Source: Mytilus edulis (Eukaryota). From it: a stretch of 64,000 nucleotides of DNA. This document shows positions 27,218-40,498 of the stretch, piece by piece. Under the pieces are notes generated by a model, which had not been told where the DNA came from, did not search any database, and was given only the letters and a program-made list of their open reading frames with translations. Location of the stretch: positions 89,652,001-89,716,000 of the forward strand of contig NC_092345.1 of the NCBI RefSeq assembly GCF_963676685.1. Direction: 5' to 3'. Each line of letters starts with the position of its first letter. Position 1 is the stretch's first letter. The position numbers were made by a program, and so were the translations under genes.

Positions 27218-29607
27218 TTACTTTGGTGGAGGCGAAGGAGGTAATTCGTTCGTTGTCCATACTTGATATACAGGTGTAGTGCCTGTGTTATCGATGCGAG
27301 ATTTCACATGTGTGTATGTTAATGTTTTATAATTAATATCAGTATCTAATAATGGAGGAATTGGAGGCGGCTCTGCTATTGTATATGTTTTTGGAAGCAA
27401 GCCAGCATCCATCTGTCTTTTTTGTAATCGTAGTGCATGCACAATGTAAAACTCGTTTGCTTCTGTATCATCGAGAATTTCTATATTTGTATTGTTGCGT
27501 GCTTCTCTTTTTGTGCTGTTGTGCATATATGCAGTGTTCTCGCTAGTTGAGGTTGTTTCTAGTATTATAGGTTCTGTTTTGTTTAAAGGTTTAAGTAATA
27601 ATACGTCATTGTTTGGTTCTGGTGCATTTGTTGTTGTAGGTAAAGATGTATCTAAATTGTTTATTTTACCTGCTGTTTTGGACTTTCTGCGTTTGCTTTT
27701 AGGTCGGTTATGATCAGTTCCCTGTATTGATGGTTGCGATGCCCCTGAAGAAAATGAAAAATTTGGAATAACATTTTGAACTGTTTGTTGATTTTCATTG
27801 CTTTTTGTACTAGTGTGAGGAGTCTCGGAATCCTGATTAGTAATTTTTTTTTGTTCAGATGTACTGGTTTCATTGACCTGCTTTTGATTTTTACCCTTAG
27901 AAGAGTCATTTTCAGATGTGGATATGGTTTCTAGATTTTCTTTTTGCTCTTGAAGCACTTCAGGGGACTTCTGTTCATTTACTGGTTTAGACTTAATCGT
28001 CTCATTATCTTGTTTGTCTACCATTTTGTTTGATTTTTTGCTTTCCGGCTGGTTCTGTGAGTTATTATTTTTCTTTCTTCTTCTTTCTTCTTTTAACTTT
28101 TTCATTAGCATACTTCTTTTTTCTAGCAATGTTTTAAGAAGAGAAAAGGGAAGGTTCCCTGTTTTTTTAGCTTCTTTTAGTTGCTTTTTTATCATTTTAA
28201 GTACTTTTGTGGCTGACATTTCTTCCTGAGGGTTTGGTGTTTTGTCTTCAGAAGGAGACGCAGGTTTCGGTGTTGTAGGTGGGGGTGTTTTTTGTATTTT
28301 TGTATCAGATTTTAATAATTTACGCTGAGACTTATTGACTGGCTGCATGACTGGAGTAGTTAATTTTTGAACAGATAATACGCGATCAATTTGAGATGAG
28401 CTTTTTATATTCGTCTTGGATTGGTCCATTTTCATTGTTTCTGCTTTTGAATCTAAACGATGATTAACAGCAGGTTTAGTTTTTGTACCATCTACGTTTC
28501 TCCAGTATATCCACTGTTTTGGTAGTGTATTGACTTTTGGTATTTGCATTTGTTTTGCAAGAGGTGGTGCTTCAGAAAGCCTCTCCGTCTTTTTTTCTGT
28601 TTTTGAATCCAAACGAGGATAAACAGCAGGTTTGGTTTTTGTACCATCTGCATTACCCCAGTATATCCACTGTTTTGGTAGTGTATTGACTTTTGGTTTT
28701 GCAAGAGGTGGTGCTTCAGAAAGGTTCTCTGTCTTTTTTGGAATTATTGGTTGTGGTATCGTTCTTTGATGCTGGTTGGGTTTATTTGTTTGTTTAGATT
28801 TAATTCGCGATGTTCTCATTCCAATAGGCACCGACGAAGGGGAATGGTTGCGAAGTGGTGGAGAAGCAACCGGACTCACTAGTACAGAAGGTCTAGTGGG
28901 GGTTGGTGTTTTTGGTGGGAAAGCTTTTAATATTGAATTGGCTAATGATTGGAAATTATCTAAGGCATTTTTCTTTTGTATTGTAGGATTTTGTGTGCTA
29001 TGAGTTTGCGAAAGAGGCGTTATAATATTGGATTGCAATGTAGGTTTTGTCAAAAGATTCTGAAAAGATGCAATTAAATCTTTAATTTCTCGGAAGGTAG
29101 GAGTTGGTTTAGTAGTCAATAATTGGGAAGGATTTTGAGAATGGCTTCCTGGGTTTTGAAACTGATTTTGAGTACGCATATTCCTAAATGCTCCAACCAC
29201 ATGTTCATTTTGTGCTGGAATGAACGTTCTCTCATTATTGTGTCTTGTCGGCAAATGAGTAAATACATTCTGTGTTGGAATAATGTTTGATCCAGAAGGA
29301 CCATTTTCCAAAAACATAAGGTGCTCTAAATCATTTAACACATCGGGTGGAATATCTTCTGGTCTAACATTCTGGAAAAGGTCCAAAATTTGCTGAGTAT
29401 TGAGAGATGACGGAGAGAACATATCAATTTGTTGTTTCCTTTGATTATTCAGTCTTGTTGGCTTTTGAAATGAAGACGGGACAGAATTTACATTCGTAGG
29501 ATACATAGTTGGTGATGATAGAAGCAAAATTTCTTTTTGAAGGACATCAAGAGGCATGTTTGCAAGCTCAGGGTATGCAGTTGCTAATCCGTCAATGAAT
29601 GCCAGTC
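27218..29607 (-). CDS. Gene A exon 3: ~795-aa Pro/Thr/Ser/Gln/Lys-rich low-complexity region
   Basis: TTTTTTTAAAG acceptor, phase 1, in frame with the 779-aa ORF; ends at TAA 27218 or at a weak donor AA|GTAAAA after 27222. Confidence 0.9.
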
Positions 29608-31132
29608 CTTTAAAAAAAGTATTTCAAGTATATAAGACAACGATCCTACCAAATTACGAAACACAATTATAAACAACGTAATAATATGCCTCCAAATTTA
29701 AAGTCATACATAAAAGTGTCTTCAATCAACCGGATTCTCAAATTTTGGTGGTTTTGAATGTTTAATAAGATTGTTTCCATTAATCTTTCAAGACATTCTC
29801 AAAATAATCCAAAGAAGCTATTTTTCGAGTGCCTTGTTGTCTACCCAGAAGTTTGACATAAAAAAAAAGTAACACTTTATCAGTTCATGTTCAAAGCACT
29901 TTTCTCTATTTACCTTCATCAAGAATGTCCAAACACAAGCATTTGTAAGCCAATGGTGATTAAATATCTTGAATATGTTAGGAACTACATGTATATGACC
30001 AAAGGGGACATACAAAGTATCAAAGATCAACGTACACTGGGTGAGTTTGAATTTTAGTTTCTTAGAACTGTTTTTTTTTATAAATTAAGAGAGTTTAATA
30101 GAAGTTGGTTGGTCATTATGTTATTACCTAATCACTTTTAACTTACCTGATCAAAAAACAATTGATATGATTTCTAAAATCCATAATTTAATACCATTGA
30201 TTTTTAAAAAGTAATCTTTACATGTAGGTATTTCTTAAGCCTCAAATTGGATTGTTTTTATTTTTGATTCCAAAACAAACCCACAGAAATAAACTTGTAT
30301 GCTGCCTACGCAATTTACGGTGTTTTTCTTCCCTATAATTTCTTATAACTTTCAGTTTTGACTGACCATAAAAACAAGATGAAAATAAAAATTCAGATAG
30401 AAAATATAGAGTATTTGCATTACATGATAATAAGGCCTTGTAATGACTCGCCAGTATTTTTACCTAAAACTATTTTTTTGTACTGTTTACCTTTTGGTTT
30501 CCTCATGGTTATAATGAAATGTTAAATTCCCGTTCTCAATATAACACAGTTTGCGCAAAGATTTTAAGCATGGCGTGTGAAGTGATTCTTTGGAAACAAA
30601 GGCAACTCGGTTATTTGATCATGCAAAACAATTAAATTTAGTCTATATCAAATGGGTATAAATGACTATTTACACAAAACAAACATTGGTTGGAGAGTTG
30701 TCTCATTGACATTCATATCACATATTCATATATCTATGTTTTTTTAACAAAATAAAAAGTACCGAATGTTTTTACCAGATACAAATTTGACAATTAATGT
30801 CGAATAAGCTTGAAGCCTAAGTATTTAATAACCAAACCTTATTAAAACGCGGAAGACCACAAAAAAGAAATCAGCACTTAGCATCTTTTAGAAATTATGT
30901 ATTTGTATATTTATCTGGAGATATATAGGATCCTAAATATTCACAAAATATACATTTTTAAAAGGATAATAAGATAAACACATTCTCTTTCGATCTGCTT
31001 GTACCGAAATCATAAGGATTAACCCATTAAAATCCCGAGAATGTTCCATTTACATATGACAAAAGTCTTTATAACGCCTGTTTAATTCCTTACTTGGTTT
31101 AGTAGAAAAATATTCGCTTGTATTTTAGAAAA

Positions 31133-31322
31133 CCCCGGATCAAATACTTGTATATCAAATGAAAGAACCTACCCCGGATCAAATATTGATATATCAAATG
31201 AAAGAACCTACCCCGGATCAAATACTTATATATCAAATAAAAGAACCTACCCCGGATCAAATACTAATATATCAAATGAAAACCCCGGATACTATACTTA
31301 TATATCAAATGAAAGAACCTAC
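31133..31322. repeat. 39-bp minisatellite (5 units) that includes the exon 2 splice donor
   Basis: Unit CCCCGGATCAAATACTTGTATATCAAATGAAAGAACCTA starting at 31133, 31172, 31211, 31250, 31283. Confidence 0.95.
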
Positions 31323-31478
31323 CAGGTGACCATGCTCCAGAAGATAGTAGAGAACATTCACAAGTTGTTGGATCAAACTCAGTCCCTGGAGCACAATGTC
31401 GTTCATGTGCAATATTATGTACCATTTCTATATACCTCTTTGCATCACCGGGTACAACTGTTCTGCTGTATGGACATC
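31323..31478 (-). CDS. Gene A exon 2: Cys module resembling a reduced chitin-binding type 2 (peritrophin-A/CBM14) domain
   Basis: GAATAG|...|GTAGGT, phase 1-1, 156 nt: GCPYSRTVVPGDAKRYIEMVHNIAHERHCAPGTEFDPTTCECSLLSSGAWSP; CAPGTxFDxxxCxC motif; absent from the ORF track. Confidence 0.85.
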
Positions 31479-31606
31479 CTATTCAAAACAAACGTATATG
31501 TAATAAATTGTTATGTAATGTCATCTACTTTAACCTAATATGCAGTTTAATGTGTAACTTGTTTTATCCTGTTGTTTGTCTCCTCTCTTTGTCTTTCTTA
31601 TCTTAC

Positions 31607-31655
31607 CTTCCTTTTTTACAAGAAAGAATATAATCAATAGAGAAAAAGTTGTCAT
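31607..31655 (-). CDS. Gene A first coding exon: putative signal peptide
   Basis: MTTFSLLIIFFLVKKE + G|GTAAGA phase-1 donor, 128-nt intron to exon 2. Confidence 0.75.
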
Positions 31656-31869
31656 CTATTGCAATAACTTTCTTCTGCATCTTGTTAAAATCAAAGTTAT
31701 CATTTTTGCGTACCATATATGTACCCAAACCATTAATGTCATTCAGAGATACATTTCATCGGGAATCACCATATAAAGGTTTTGAAAATTATATCCAAGC
31801 GCTACATGTGCAATGAAAAGGACTTGCTGGTGTTTATTTGATGGTATGTTATAGTTGTGCTAACGGTGT

Positions 31870-32255
31870 TCGAAGCGGCTTGATCATCACATCAAATGTT
31901 GAAGTATGTGCTTCATGAGTTGGTCGACCGTTATGGTATATCCGTTTCACATATGATAACGGATCATAATGTATTAACTACAAACCTGTACTCTTTTATC
32001 GACTTATTCTTAGTATTAGGTTCGTAATGACATGAGCAGCACGACGGGTGCCAAATATGGAGCAGAACATACTTATCCTCTTTCAGAGCACCAGAGATCA
32101 ACCCCAGTATTTGGTGAGGTTCGTGTTGCTCAGTCTTTTGTTTTCTATGTTGTGTGTTGTGTACTATTGTTTTTCTGTTTGTGTCATGTCGTTGTCAGTT
32201 TATTTTCGACATATGAGTTTAAATGTCCCTCTGGTATCTTTTACATCTCTTTTAG
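31870..32255 (+). mobile_element. Degenerate Penelope-like 3' fragment
   Basis: CATGAGTTGGTCGACCGTTATGG (HELVDRY) and 3' repeat homologous to the reverse complement of 55490-55790. Confidence 0.7.
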
Positions 32256-33224
32256 ATTTTGTTAACATGAACTATTAAAATAATGATGAAAAAAGTAATC
32301 AATATTATATAATGGAAACATGTATTTATGTTCTTTATATGTAGCCGTACGAAGATTTCATTATTTTCAGACTGAAATATATATTTCATTCAAACATGAT
32401 GTTCGAAATATAATAAATTTTAGTTCCTTTAAATACAAAATAACAGATCCATCAATTGTAAAATGATGTTACACATTAGATGTTTGATCATATTTATTTT
32501 TACATAACGTTTTCTGCAGTTGTCCTGATCAGTGTTGTTATACTTGTATTCCATGTTTATGTTTGCATTTTTGTTAAACAATTGTTTGTTTATGCTTTGC
32601 AATAAGGAGGAAATCAAGGACAATTGGATATATATCTAGCTTTGTAACATCTTAAAATAAATTATTGTTGTGGTTTGTTGTATTAACAGATGGAGTTCTT
32701 GGGAATAATTTTAAAACATTAAACGAATGGATAACAACTCTCATATTCCTGACTTGGCACAGGCATTTTTGTATGTAGTTAATGATTGATTAAACCTGAA
32801 TGAATGATATGAAAAATTATTGCTTGAAACTAAGGGAGAACTTGGTGTTGTCAATTGAAATGAAACTGACGACGTCCTCATAGGTAAAATAACGATAAAC
32901 ATATAATCATAATTGGTAATCTCAATTCGACTGCATTTCTTACTTTCGCCATACCGGCTCAAGCGAGAAAATCAATCGAGTTGAGATGATAAACGATAAT
33001 CTATAAATATCTGATCACTTTAATCGTGACAAAATAAACCTTACAATTGATGTACAAAACACTATTTTGTATCATATAATAACTAGTGTTCACAAAATAT
33101 AACTATCTTGCAGCTTCCCACAGTGACAAGACTTCATTTATCTTTAAGACTTCGAGTTTTGTTTTTACAATCTAAATGATTTCATTTTCCATTGTTTGTC
33201 GTTAGAATTATTGATCTAAGTCAC

Positions 33225-33405
33225 TATAGTTATCAAAAGTACCAGGCTTTTAAATTAATACGCCAGACGCGCGTCATCAGTTACGCTCAAATCAAAGTTG
33301 TTAGAAAGTTCAAAGTTGAAGAGCATTGAAGACACAGAATTCAAAAAAGTTGTGCCAAATACGGCTAAGGTTACCTATGCCTGGGATAAGAAAATCCTTA
33401 GTATT
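33225..33405 (-). mobile_element. Retrozyme-like fragment with internally deleted hammerhead
   Basis: CGCCAGACGCGCG joined directly to TCATCAG; helix II and GAAA missing relative to 49533-49577. Confidence 0.75.
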
Positions 33406-33890
33406 TGTGCGATACACAAACAAGGGTTGTTTTATTTATAAAGGACTTTCAAACCTGTGGTATATAGCGCAATTGAAGATCACATTCCTGAAATAAGCGG
33501 GTCTTATGCATTAAAATTGATACAAGATACCATAATGCGTTTTATTAAGTTCCTTACACCCTTTGACGAAACTGTTTATTATTCGTGTGTATTACCTTGT
33601 CCTATAGTTAGAGGTAGCCATAGGCTGGACCATGCTATCACGAACTTGAAGTTCATTACGATCTGCAATAAAGAGATAACATTTTAAAATTAAAAAAAAG
33701 TAAAATGGTTTGAACGGTTTTATTCCAATTTTTATTTGAAATACTCTTTTGTACAAATGCATTCCTTGAAAAAATATGTCTAAAGTTTTAGTTGGTCTTC
33801 AAAAGATGACTTTCATACCGATACTCGTATTTTGCCAATCTATTCAACAGTCACACTAAAATAAAATGATTATTACTGGATAAAGTGTTA

Positions 33891-34400
33891 ATATAAAAAA
33901 GAATATGTGGTATGATTGCCGATGAGACAACTCTCCACAAGAGACCAAAACGACACAGAAATAAACAACTATAGGTCACCGGACGGCCTTCAACAATGAG
34001 CAACGCCCATACCGCATAGTCAGCTATAAAAGGCCCCAAAATGACAATGTAAAACAATTCAAACGACAAAACGAACGGCCTTATTAATATAAAAATAAGA
34101 ACGAAAAAGAAATATGTAAAATTGAGAATGGAATGGGGAATGTGCCAAATAGACAACAACCCGACCATAGAAAAAAACAACAGCAGAAGGTCACCAACAG
34201 GTCTTCAATGTAGCGAGAAATTCCCGCACCCGGAGGCGTCCTTTAACTGGCCCCTAAACAAATATATACTAGTTCAGTGATAATGAACGCCATTCTAATT
34301 TCCAAATTGTACACAAGAAACTAAAATTAGAATAATACAAGACTAACAAAGGCCAGAGGCTCCTGACTTGGGACACATATAAACCAACGACAACCACTGA
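33891..34400 (-). repeat. Nested dispersed repeats (Penelope-associated 3' ends)
   Basis: 33891-34115 matches 37822-38020; 34117-34375 is the reverse complement of 54475-54735. Confidence 0.75.
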
Positions 34401-35572
34401 ATTGCAGCTGATTTAGTAAGATGATTCTATCATATGAAGATTATCAAAACAGTAAAAGAATGACATTTTCTGTGGCAAAAACTTGCAATTGACCAATGAA
34501 CCATGATAGTTAAATAAAAGACATGCGAAACCTATCAGATGTACAAGTAAATATAAAAAAAGAAGATGTCGTATGATTGCTAATGAGAGACGAAATATAC
34601 TAAAGGAACATTCAAATTCTAAAGCAAACTGACAATGTTATGGCCAAAAACAAAAACAACGAAACAACAGATCACAAAACACAACAAAAAAGGTGCAACA
34701 CGAACCCCGCATAAAACGTGGGGGGAGTGGTTATATCGTAAAGACGTACAATAAATGGACTTTGTCAGTGTATTGTTTTTTCAAAATACAATAAAAAATA
34801 TTCACTTTCGGTAATTGTGATCAAATACACATATAACATGGACCTTTAATCAATAATCATAAACGTTCTAAGAAAACAAAACATAACAGGAAACTTCTAT
34901 CATTAACTTCCTTTATTCAGAATATGTCCCTAAAAACCGAATAGTTTATGTAAATAATTCATTATCCGGCACTATTCTGTAGAAGGGTTCTGTTAACCTT
35001 GCCCTACTCAGTTGCAACGTTGTCTTTATGAAAAAAATGATATAATTGAATTTTTTTACTAAAAATAATACTTATTTTTTATCCCTAATAGAGGAACCCC
35101 ATATTGTGGAGAAAAGTAGCATGGCACAAAATGACATTTCAAAAATAGTTCCAACTGCAGTATAAAATAAGTGAATAGTTTAAAAGTGACATGTGTAAAT
35201 CATCATATATATAATGTATATGAACAAAGTGAACAATTAAAGAATCAGATACTAAAATTTACATTTGGCACAATAGACCAATAGGTCACGTCTTAATTTC
35301 ATTCATTTAAATATTTTCATGTTTTCATATCACGTATTAATGTCTATTTAAATATTTAAAATATTAAAGAGATAAATTTGTATAAATTAACTGATTTTCC
35401 TGTGCACACAATATGCTTCTGTATTTCAAATAGTCTTAGTCAGGTGCATTTGAGGTCAAGAATGAGGTCAACTCAAAATAAGTGGTTTAAAAGCATAAAC
35501 TACCAAAAGTTTGAAAAAGGGGCAAAAACTCCTAAACCAAACATCAATTTAATTGAGTGTGTCATTGTGTTG

Positions 35573-35643
35573 TTAAATAATCATGATTGGGCTGTAAATG
35601 GGATGGTGAATCCCCGCGATGTCACTATTGTGGTTATACTCTT
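35573..35643 (-). pseudogene. Candidate short or degenerate phase-1 terminal exon
   Basis: TTTGTTTCTCAG acceptor then xEYNHNSDIAGIHHPIYSPIMII*; a shifted frame continues FNNTMTHSIKLMFGLGVFAPFSNFW* to 35500. Confidence 0.3.
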
Positions 35644-36732
35644 CTGAGAAACAAACTAATTAGGATGATGAACACACCATACATAGTTAACACATTTGAT
35701 TAATATTAATTTACTACTTGTATATCTGTGATAGACTTGACAGTTGGCGTCTGTGGATACATGTAGATGTTATCCTTATATGAAGAAAAAAGTAAAATTT
35801 CAAAACCAAACTACGAGGACAATTCTAAACGGCAAGTACCTCAGCAAATGGCAGATGGCAAAATCAAACACATCAAACAAATGGATAACAACTGTCATAA
35901 TTTTGACTTGGTACAAGCATGCTGGCAATGTTTGATTAAACCTGGTTAATAGCAGATTTTACGTGTGTCGTTTAAAGAATGCCCTCAAGGTTTCTGACAC
36001 ATTGGAGTATGAAAAAACAGGTTATCTTTTAATTTCATTACGACTTTTTTCTAAAACACTGTACAAGTAACATGTAGCAGACACTAAAATTTAAAGCAAA
36101 AAAACGTATGTATCATCTTATATGAAAAGGTGGATATCAATTATACGACAACGACAAAGCACCCTAACAGAATATAAATACAAAAGACATTCAAAATGTA
36201 GCATACAGTCTTTTGCAGTAATCGTGTGTCAAGCTCTTTACTGGCCACTTTAACAATTGAAGATACAACAAATGGAAAGTGTAGAAGACCTGATGACAAC
36301 GGTCAGTTAGATATATGATAATTGAATGTAAACAAAATTGTTCTTTCTTTTTTCCCCTAATTATTCGTTGTTTGGATTAGCGTATTTTGTGCAAAGCCTT
36401 TTGTTATCCTCCTTCAGCTTGGTATTCACATCCTTTTTCATTATAACAGATTAAAACAATCATATATTGAAGGTTTTAGAGACAAACTATCTGAAAATTA
36501 TATCCATATTTAACTTGTCTTTGGTGTGTAACGGATATAAGATTCAGACATGCTGCACTGTCGTTTGTAACGATGTATAATTATCAATGGTAACATAAAA
36601 CTGGTAAACAGGATACAAGTCCTTCGTCGTCTTTCTGCAACAATGATTATGGTAAAAAAAAACATGCAGTTCGTTCAAATTCATCACTTCTGATGACAAT
36701 ATGACGTAATTCCTCATTTAAATGATACTTAC

Positions 36733-36796
36733 GTGCTAAATGAATCCGAGTACAAAAAAATAGAGAAATTAGATTTCAGATGATGTATTTACACAT
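36733..36796 (-). pseudogene. Candidate disabled signal-peptide exon
   Basis: MCKYII*NLISLFFCTRIHLA + C|GTAAGT, phase-1 consensus donor, one in-frame TGA. Confidence 0.35.
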
Positions 36797-38399
36797 AATA
36801 TTCCTGAGTTTAAATATCGACTTCAAAATAAGCAAAAAGGAAAAATCACAAACACAAGGCGAAATTGAAGCTTTAACATATCACAATAGTTTAAACAAAA
36901 TGGTCGCATATGTCAAATTTAGATCGTGTCATGCATAACAATTAAAGTAATTAATAATTTTAATTAACTTACATGATGAATAAGATTGCAAGACTTTTAT
37001 AAACAATGAAGTTTAACTATGCATAATTTTTATGTTTTCCCAGTTGCTACATTGACACGTATCTTTGGGTTTTTTTAACATGTGCGTATTTAAATTATTT
37101 TTAAATTTCAATTCTGAAAAAATTGTGGTTTCGTAATGAATATTTACGTTATTTGTTGACATGAACTCATGATAAATACATAAATAAGAATGCAAATGTT
37201 TACACTGCTTCGTAACTCATATTTTAAAATGGTTTTAGTGATATATATGTACATGATTTTTGTACATTGTATTCTGCTGTATTGTTGTTAATACATATGT
37301 TGGTAGAAAGTTTGAAAATTTTATATTACACTAACTGCACTGTAATTAGTTAAGCTTAACAAAAATCACAAACAGAAACGATTCTTTTAATCTGAGCTTA
37401 TTTAAAGAAGTAACATTTAAGTAAATAAAAATTTTAATATCTGCTAACAAAAGCAGGCGATGCAGTGATGATAGACTCTCCTAATTGGCTTTGTAACCTT
37501 AATTTGTCTCAAAGAATATAGTACTTTTTCGAACACCGGTATGCTACTGTTACCTTTATGTTTATTTATGTTTAGGGGGTATTTATAAAATAACAAAAGG
37601 CAAATAGATATAACTGACATCATCAAGATACTGTTGTTTTAGACAACATATGAATTATTTATTTTTTTACTAGACAGGGACCAAGCTGTGCTGCTCTTCT
37701 TGTTGATTTTTTTCCATTTGTTCGTGTGATGAAGATTTCAGAATAATGAAAAGAATTTTCCATGATATTAATGACTTACTATCAATGAACAATTACATTA
37801 GATGTATGTTTCATTATAATATATAAAAAAGAAGATGTGGTATAATTGCCAATGAGACAACTATCCACAAAAGACCAAAATGACACAGACATTAACAACT
37901 ATAGGTCACCGTACGGCCTTCAACAATGAGCAAAGCATATACCGCATAGTCATCGACATGTATTATAGGCCCCGACAAGACAATGTAAAACAATTCAAAC
38001 TAGAAAACTAACGGCCTTACTTTATTCTGATTGGCTAACTGTACATCACGTATTATGCCTTAAGCAATTGCATCATTCAATAAAACTTATCATTCATGAT
38101 AACATGTGGTCCTACAATAAAGTGCACAGGTGAATTAAATTCAAAAAATTATAAAATTCGTGTTATCAGGATCATAGCCTAAAAAATGTAGTTATAAGTA
38201 TTGAATGCTTCTTTTTATAACTTCATAGGGTTGTAAAAGCGTTGACCGTGCGCGCTTCATACAAAATGTACTTCGGTCAACGCTTTTATAAAATAACGTG
38301 CCTATGAAGTTAATAAAAGAAGCACTCAATTCTTAAATGATTTAAAAGTTATAGACTGTTGAGTGGATTTTTTCAAACGAACTAGAATTAAAGGATAGC

Positions 38400-38760
38400 T
38401 TGAATACAGTTTGGTCTGCTTCATAACGGTACTCTAAAAATATATCTACATTAAGGGTCAGTTGATGACTTTTACAAAAGAGATAACGTCGATTTTCATA
38501 TTGTAAATTTTCTATTTATAAGTAACAACATTCTTGCATCTTCTGCATATGTGGCATTTTTCCTAGTTGGTGTGCTATTTCAAGGACGGCGTTTATACCC
38601 TGATTACCTTGATAGAGGGTTTTTTTTTTTGCTTACAAATGAGTTAATGACTCAAGGTTTGTAGATTTCAAAGATGATGTCATATTTTCAAAAGATTTAC
38701 GAGAAGCAAAATGATTTGATTAACAATTACAAAAGATCTGTGTTAATGATGACCAAGGGT
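38400..38760 (+). mobile_element. Highly degenerate Penelope-like RT fragment
   Basis: CTTTTACAAAAGAGATAACGTCGATTTTCATATTGTAAATTTTC resembles the YDKRDDFNFxIVNF coding segment. Confidence 0.6.
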
Positions 38761-40498
38761 ATATTTCAATCATGTCTACCATCTCTTTATTATTGCTTCA
38801 TAGAATCCGCTTTTTGTTGAGGATCATATCGTTCAATCTTTATGGATTTTTTTGGGCACAATTCATGTTGTATATTCTAAAACATCATGAATTTTACTTG
38901 CAATACAGTCTCCTGGTTTAATTTACGATATAACTCTGTAAAAAGTTACTTCTATGTACAGTCTTATGAAGTTCGTTTTCTTTTTTCATCATTTATTACA
39001 TGACAAATTTGACTTGCCATTGACTTAGTCATGTGCAAAACGACAGCACCTCTGGAGGTAACAGAAACTGCTTATCCTCTCAGGGCAGCTAAATTACCCC
39101 CAATTACATTGATTGTATATGTTGGGTTTTATGTTGATCATTGTAGCGTGTTATGGGTCTGTTGTAAGTCTCCTTGTCTTTATCCATTGGTCATTGTGAT
39201 TTCGACTTATGAAGTTTGATGGCCCTGTCGTATCTATCTCATATTTTCCTGCACGAAATCGGTAAAGAGGGCACACTTTTCGATCCATTGCATTATCTTT
39301 CACTTCAAAGCAAACCTTTAAAGGACTAGTACATTGTAAAACTGGTAATTTTTGAAGTAGACAAATAATTCTCAGTTGCATATTCATTATTATATCTGTA
39401 TCATAAGCTAGTACTTTCATATATTCATTAAAACAATTGGTCTTATATAGCTGCTGTAAAGGTGTTTGATGTACAAGAAAATCCCAATCAATGTAGTTAG
39501 TAAAATAGTATATTTCATTGTTTGTAGCCGTTTCAAAGGCCTATTTATTTGTTGAGTAATCAGATTCGAGTAAAGAATCAAATGAAATGTAAGTCAATGA
39601 ACAGGCAACCTCGCGACATCATGACTGTTTTAACAATTTGTCAAGCTCGCAATAAACTATAAGTTTTTAAAAGGTCATCGTTACAATTGAATCCATTCAT
39701 AAGTTCAAACAATTTTCAATTTTTCAGTCAATCAACTGGTTGGCTGCTTCAAACAATTCAAATATTTTTTTCTTAAAATTTACCAAATCCGTCGTAAAAC
39801 TAGTATCACAATAGAAAATTACGATGTGACATGATCATACTTAAAGAGACCCAATGTTGTGGATGCTTTATCGTCTCATTACGACTTATATGATGTTGTC
39901 AAAGCCTGCAAAACACACTTCACATTGTTTTTAAATGAAAAAAGCATGTACTTGTAATGTCAAACTAACGAAGTTGGAAATCAACATATACCCTTTTCCA
40001 TTCGTGCAAAGAAAAGATAATCACTATTGCGTCTTTTTTTCCACCTGTTTGTATTAAGAGAGAACGACAGAAAATAGCTCTGTACTGATACCATTAATTT
40101 CACAAAAGACTTAATATTCGACTAACTAAAATTCTAACGTTTTTACTGCCATTTTATTAAGAATTAGATGGCCTTTAGACATATTGTAATGAGGTATAGT
40201 AACTCAGTGGTGTCAGTCAAAAGTTGGTGCTCATAATATTCTAAATGCTGATATGCGCAGTGCTGAAACATCGGCTACATAGTCACATAAAACAAAAGTT
40301 TTTTTTTCAATTGACATGAATTATCATTGAAATGGTCATACTTATAAATTAACTGTTTACAAAACTTTACATCACTAAATACTAAAGCTTTTCGGCCTTA
40401 GGAATAGATTACCTAAGCTGTGTTAGGCAAAACTTTTAGGAATTGTTGGTCCTCAAAAATACTATTTTCTTGTTTTAGATAGTTAAAAATCATACTAA

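Noticed and set aside
27352-29304. Short antisense and alternate-frame ORFs over gene A exon 3
   Set aside because: Shadow ORFs of the long coding exon
32429-32650. Extra exon of gene A
   Set aside because: An acceptor-like site exists but frames hit stops and there is no compatible donor; gene A already has a signal exon at 31655
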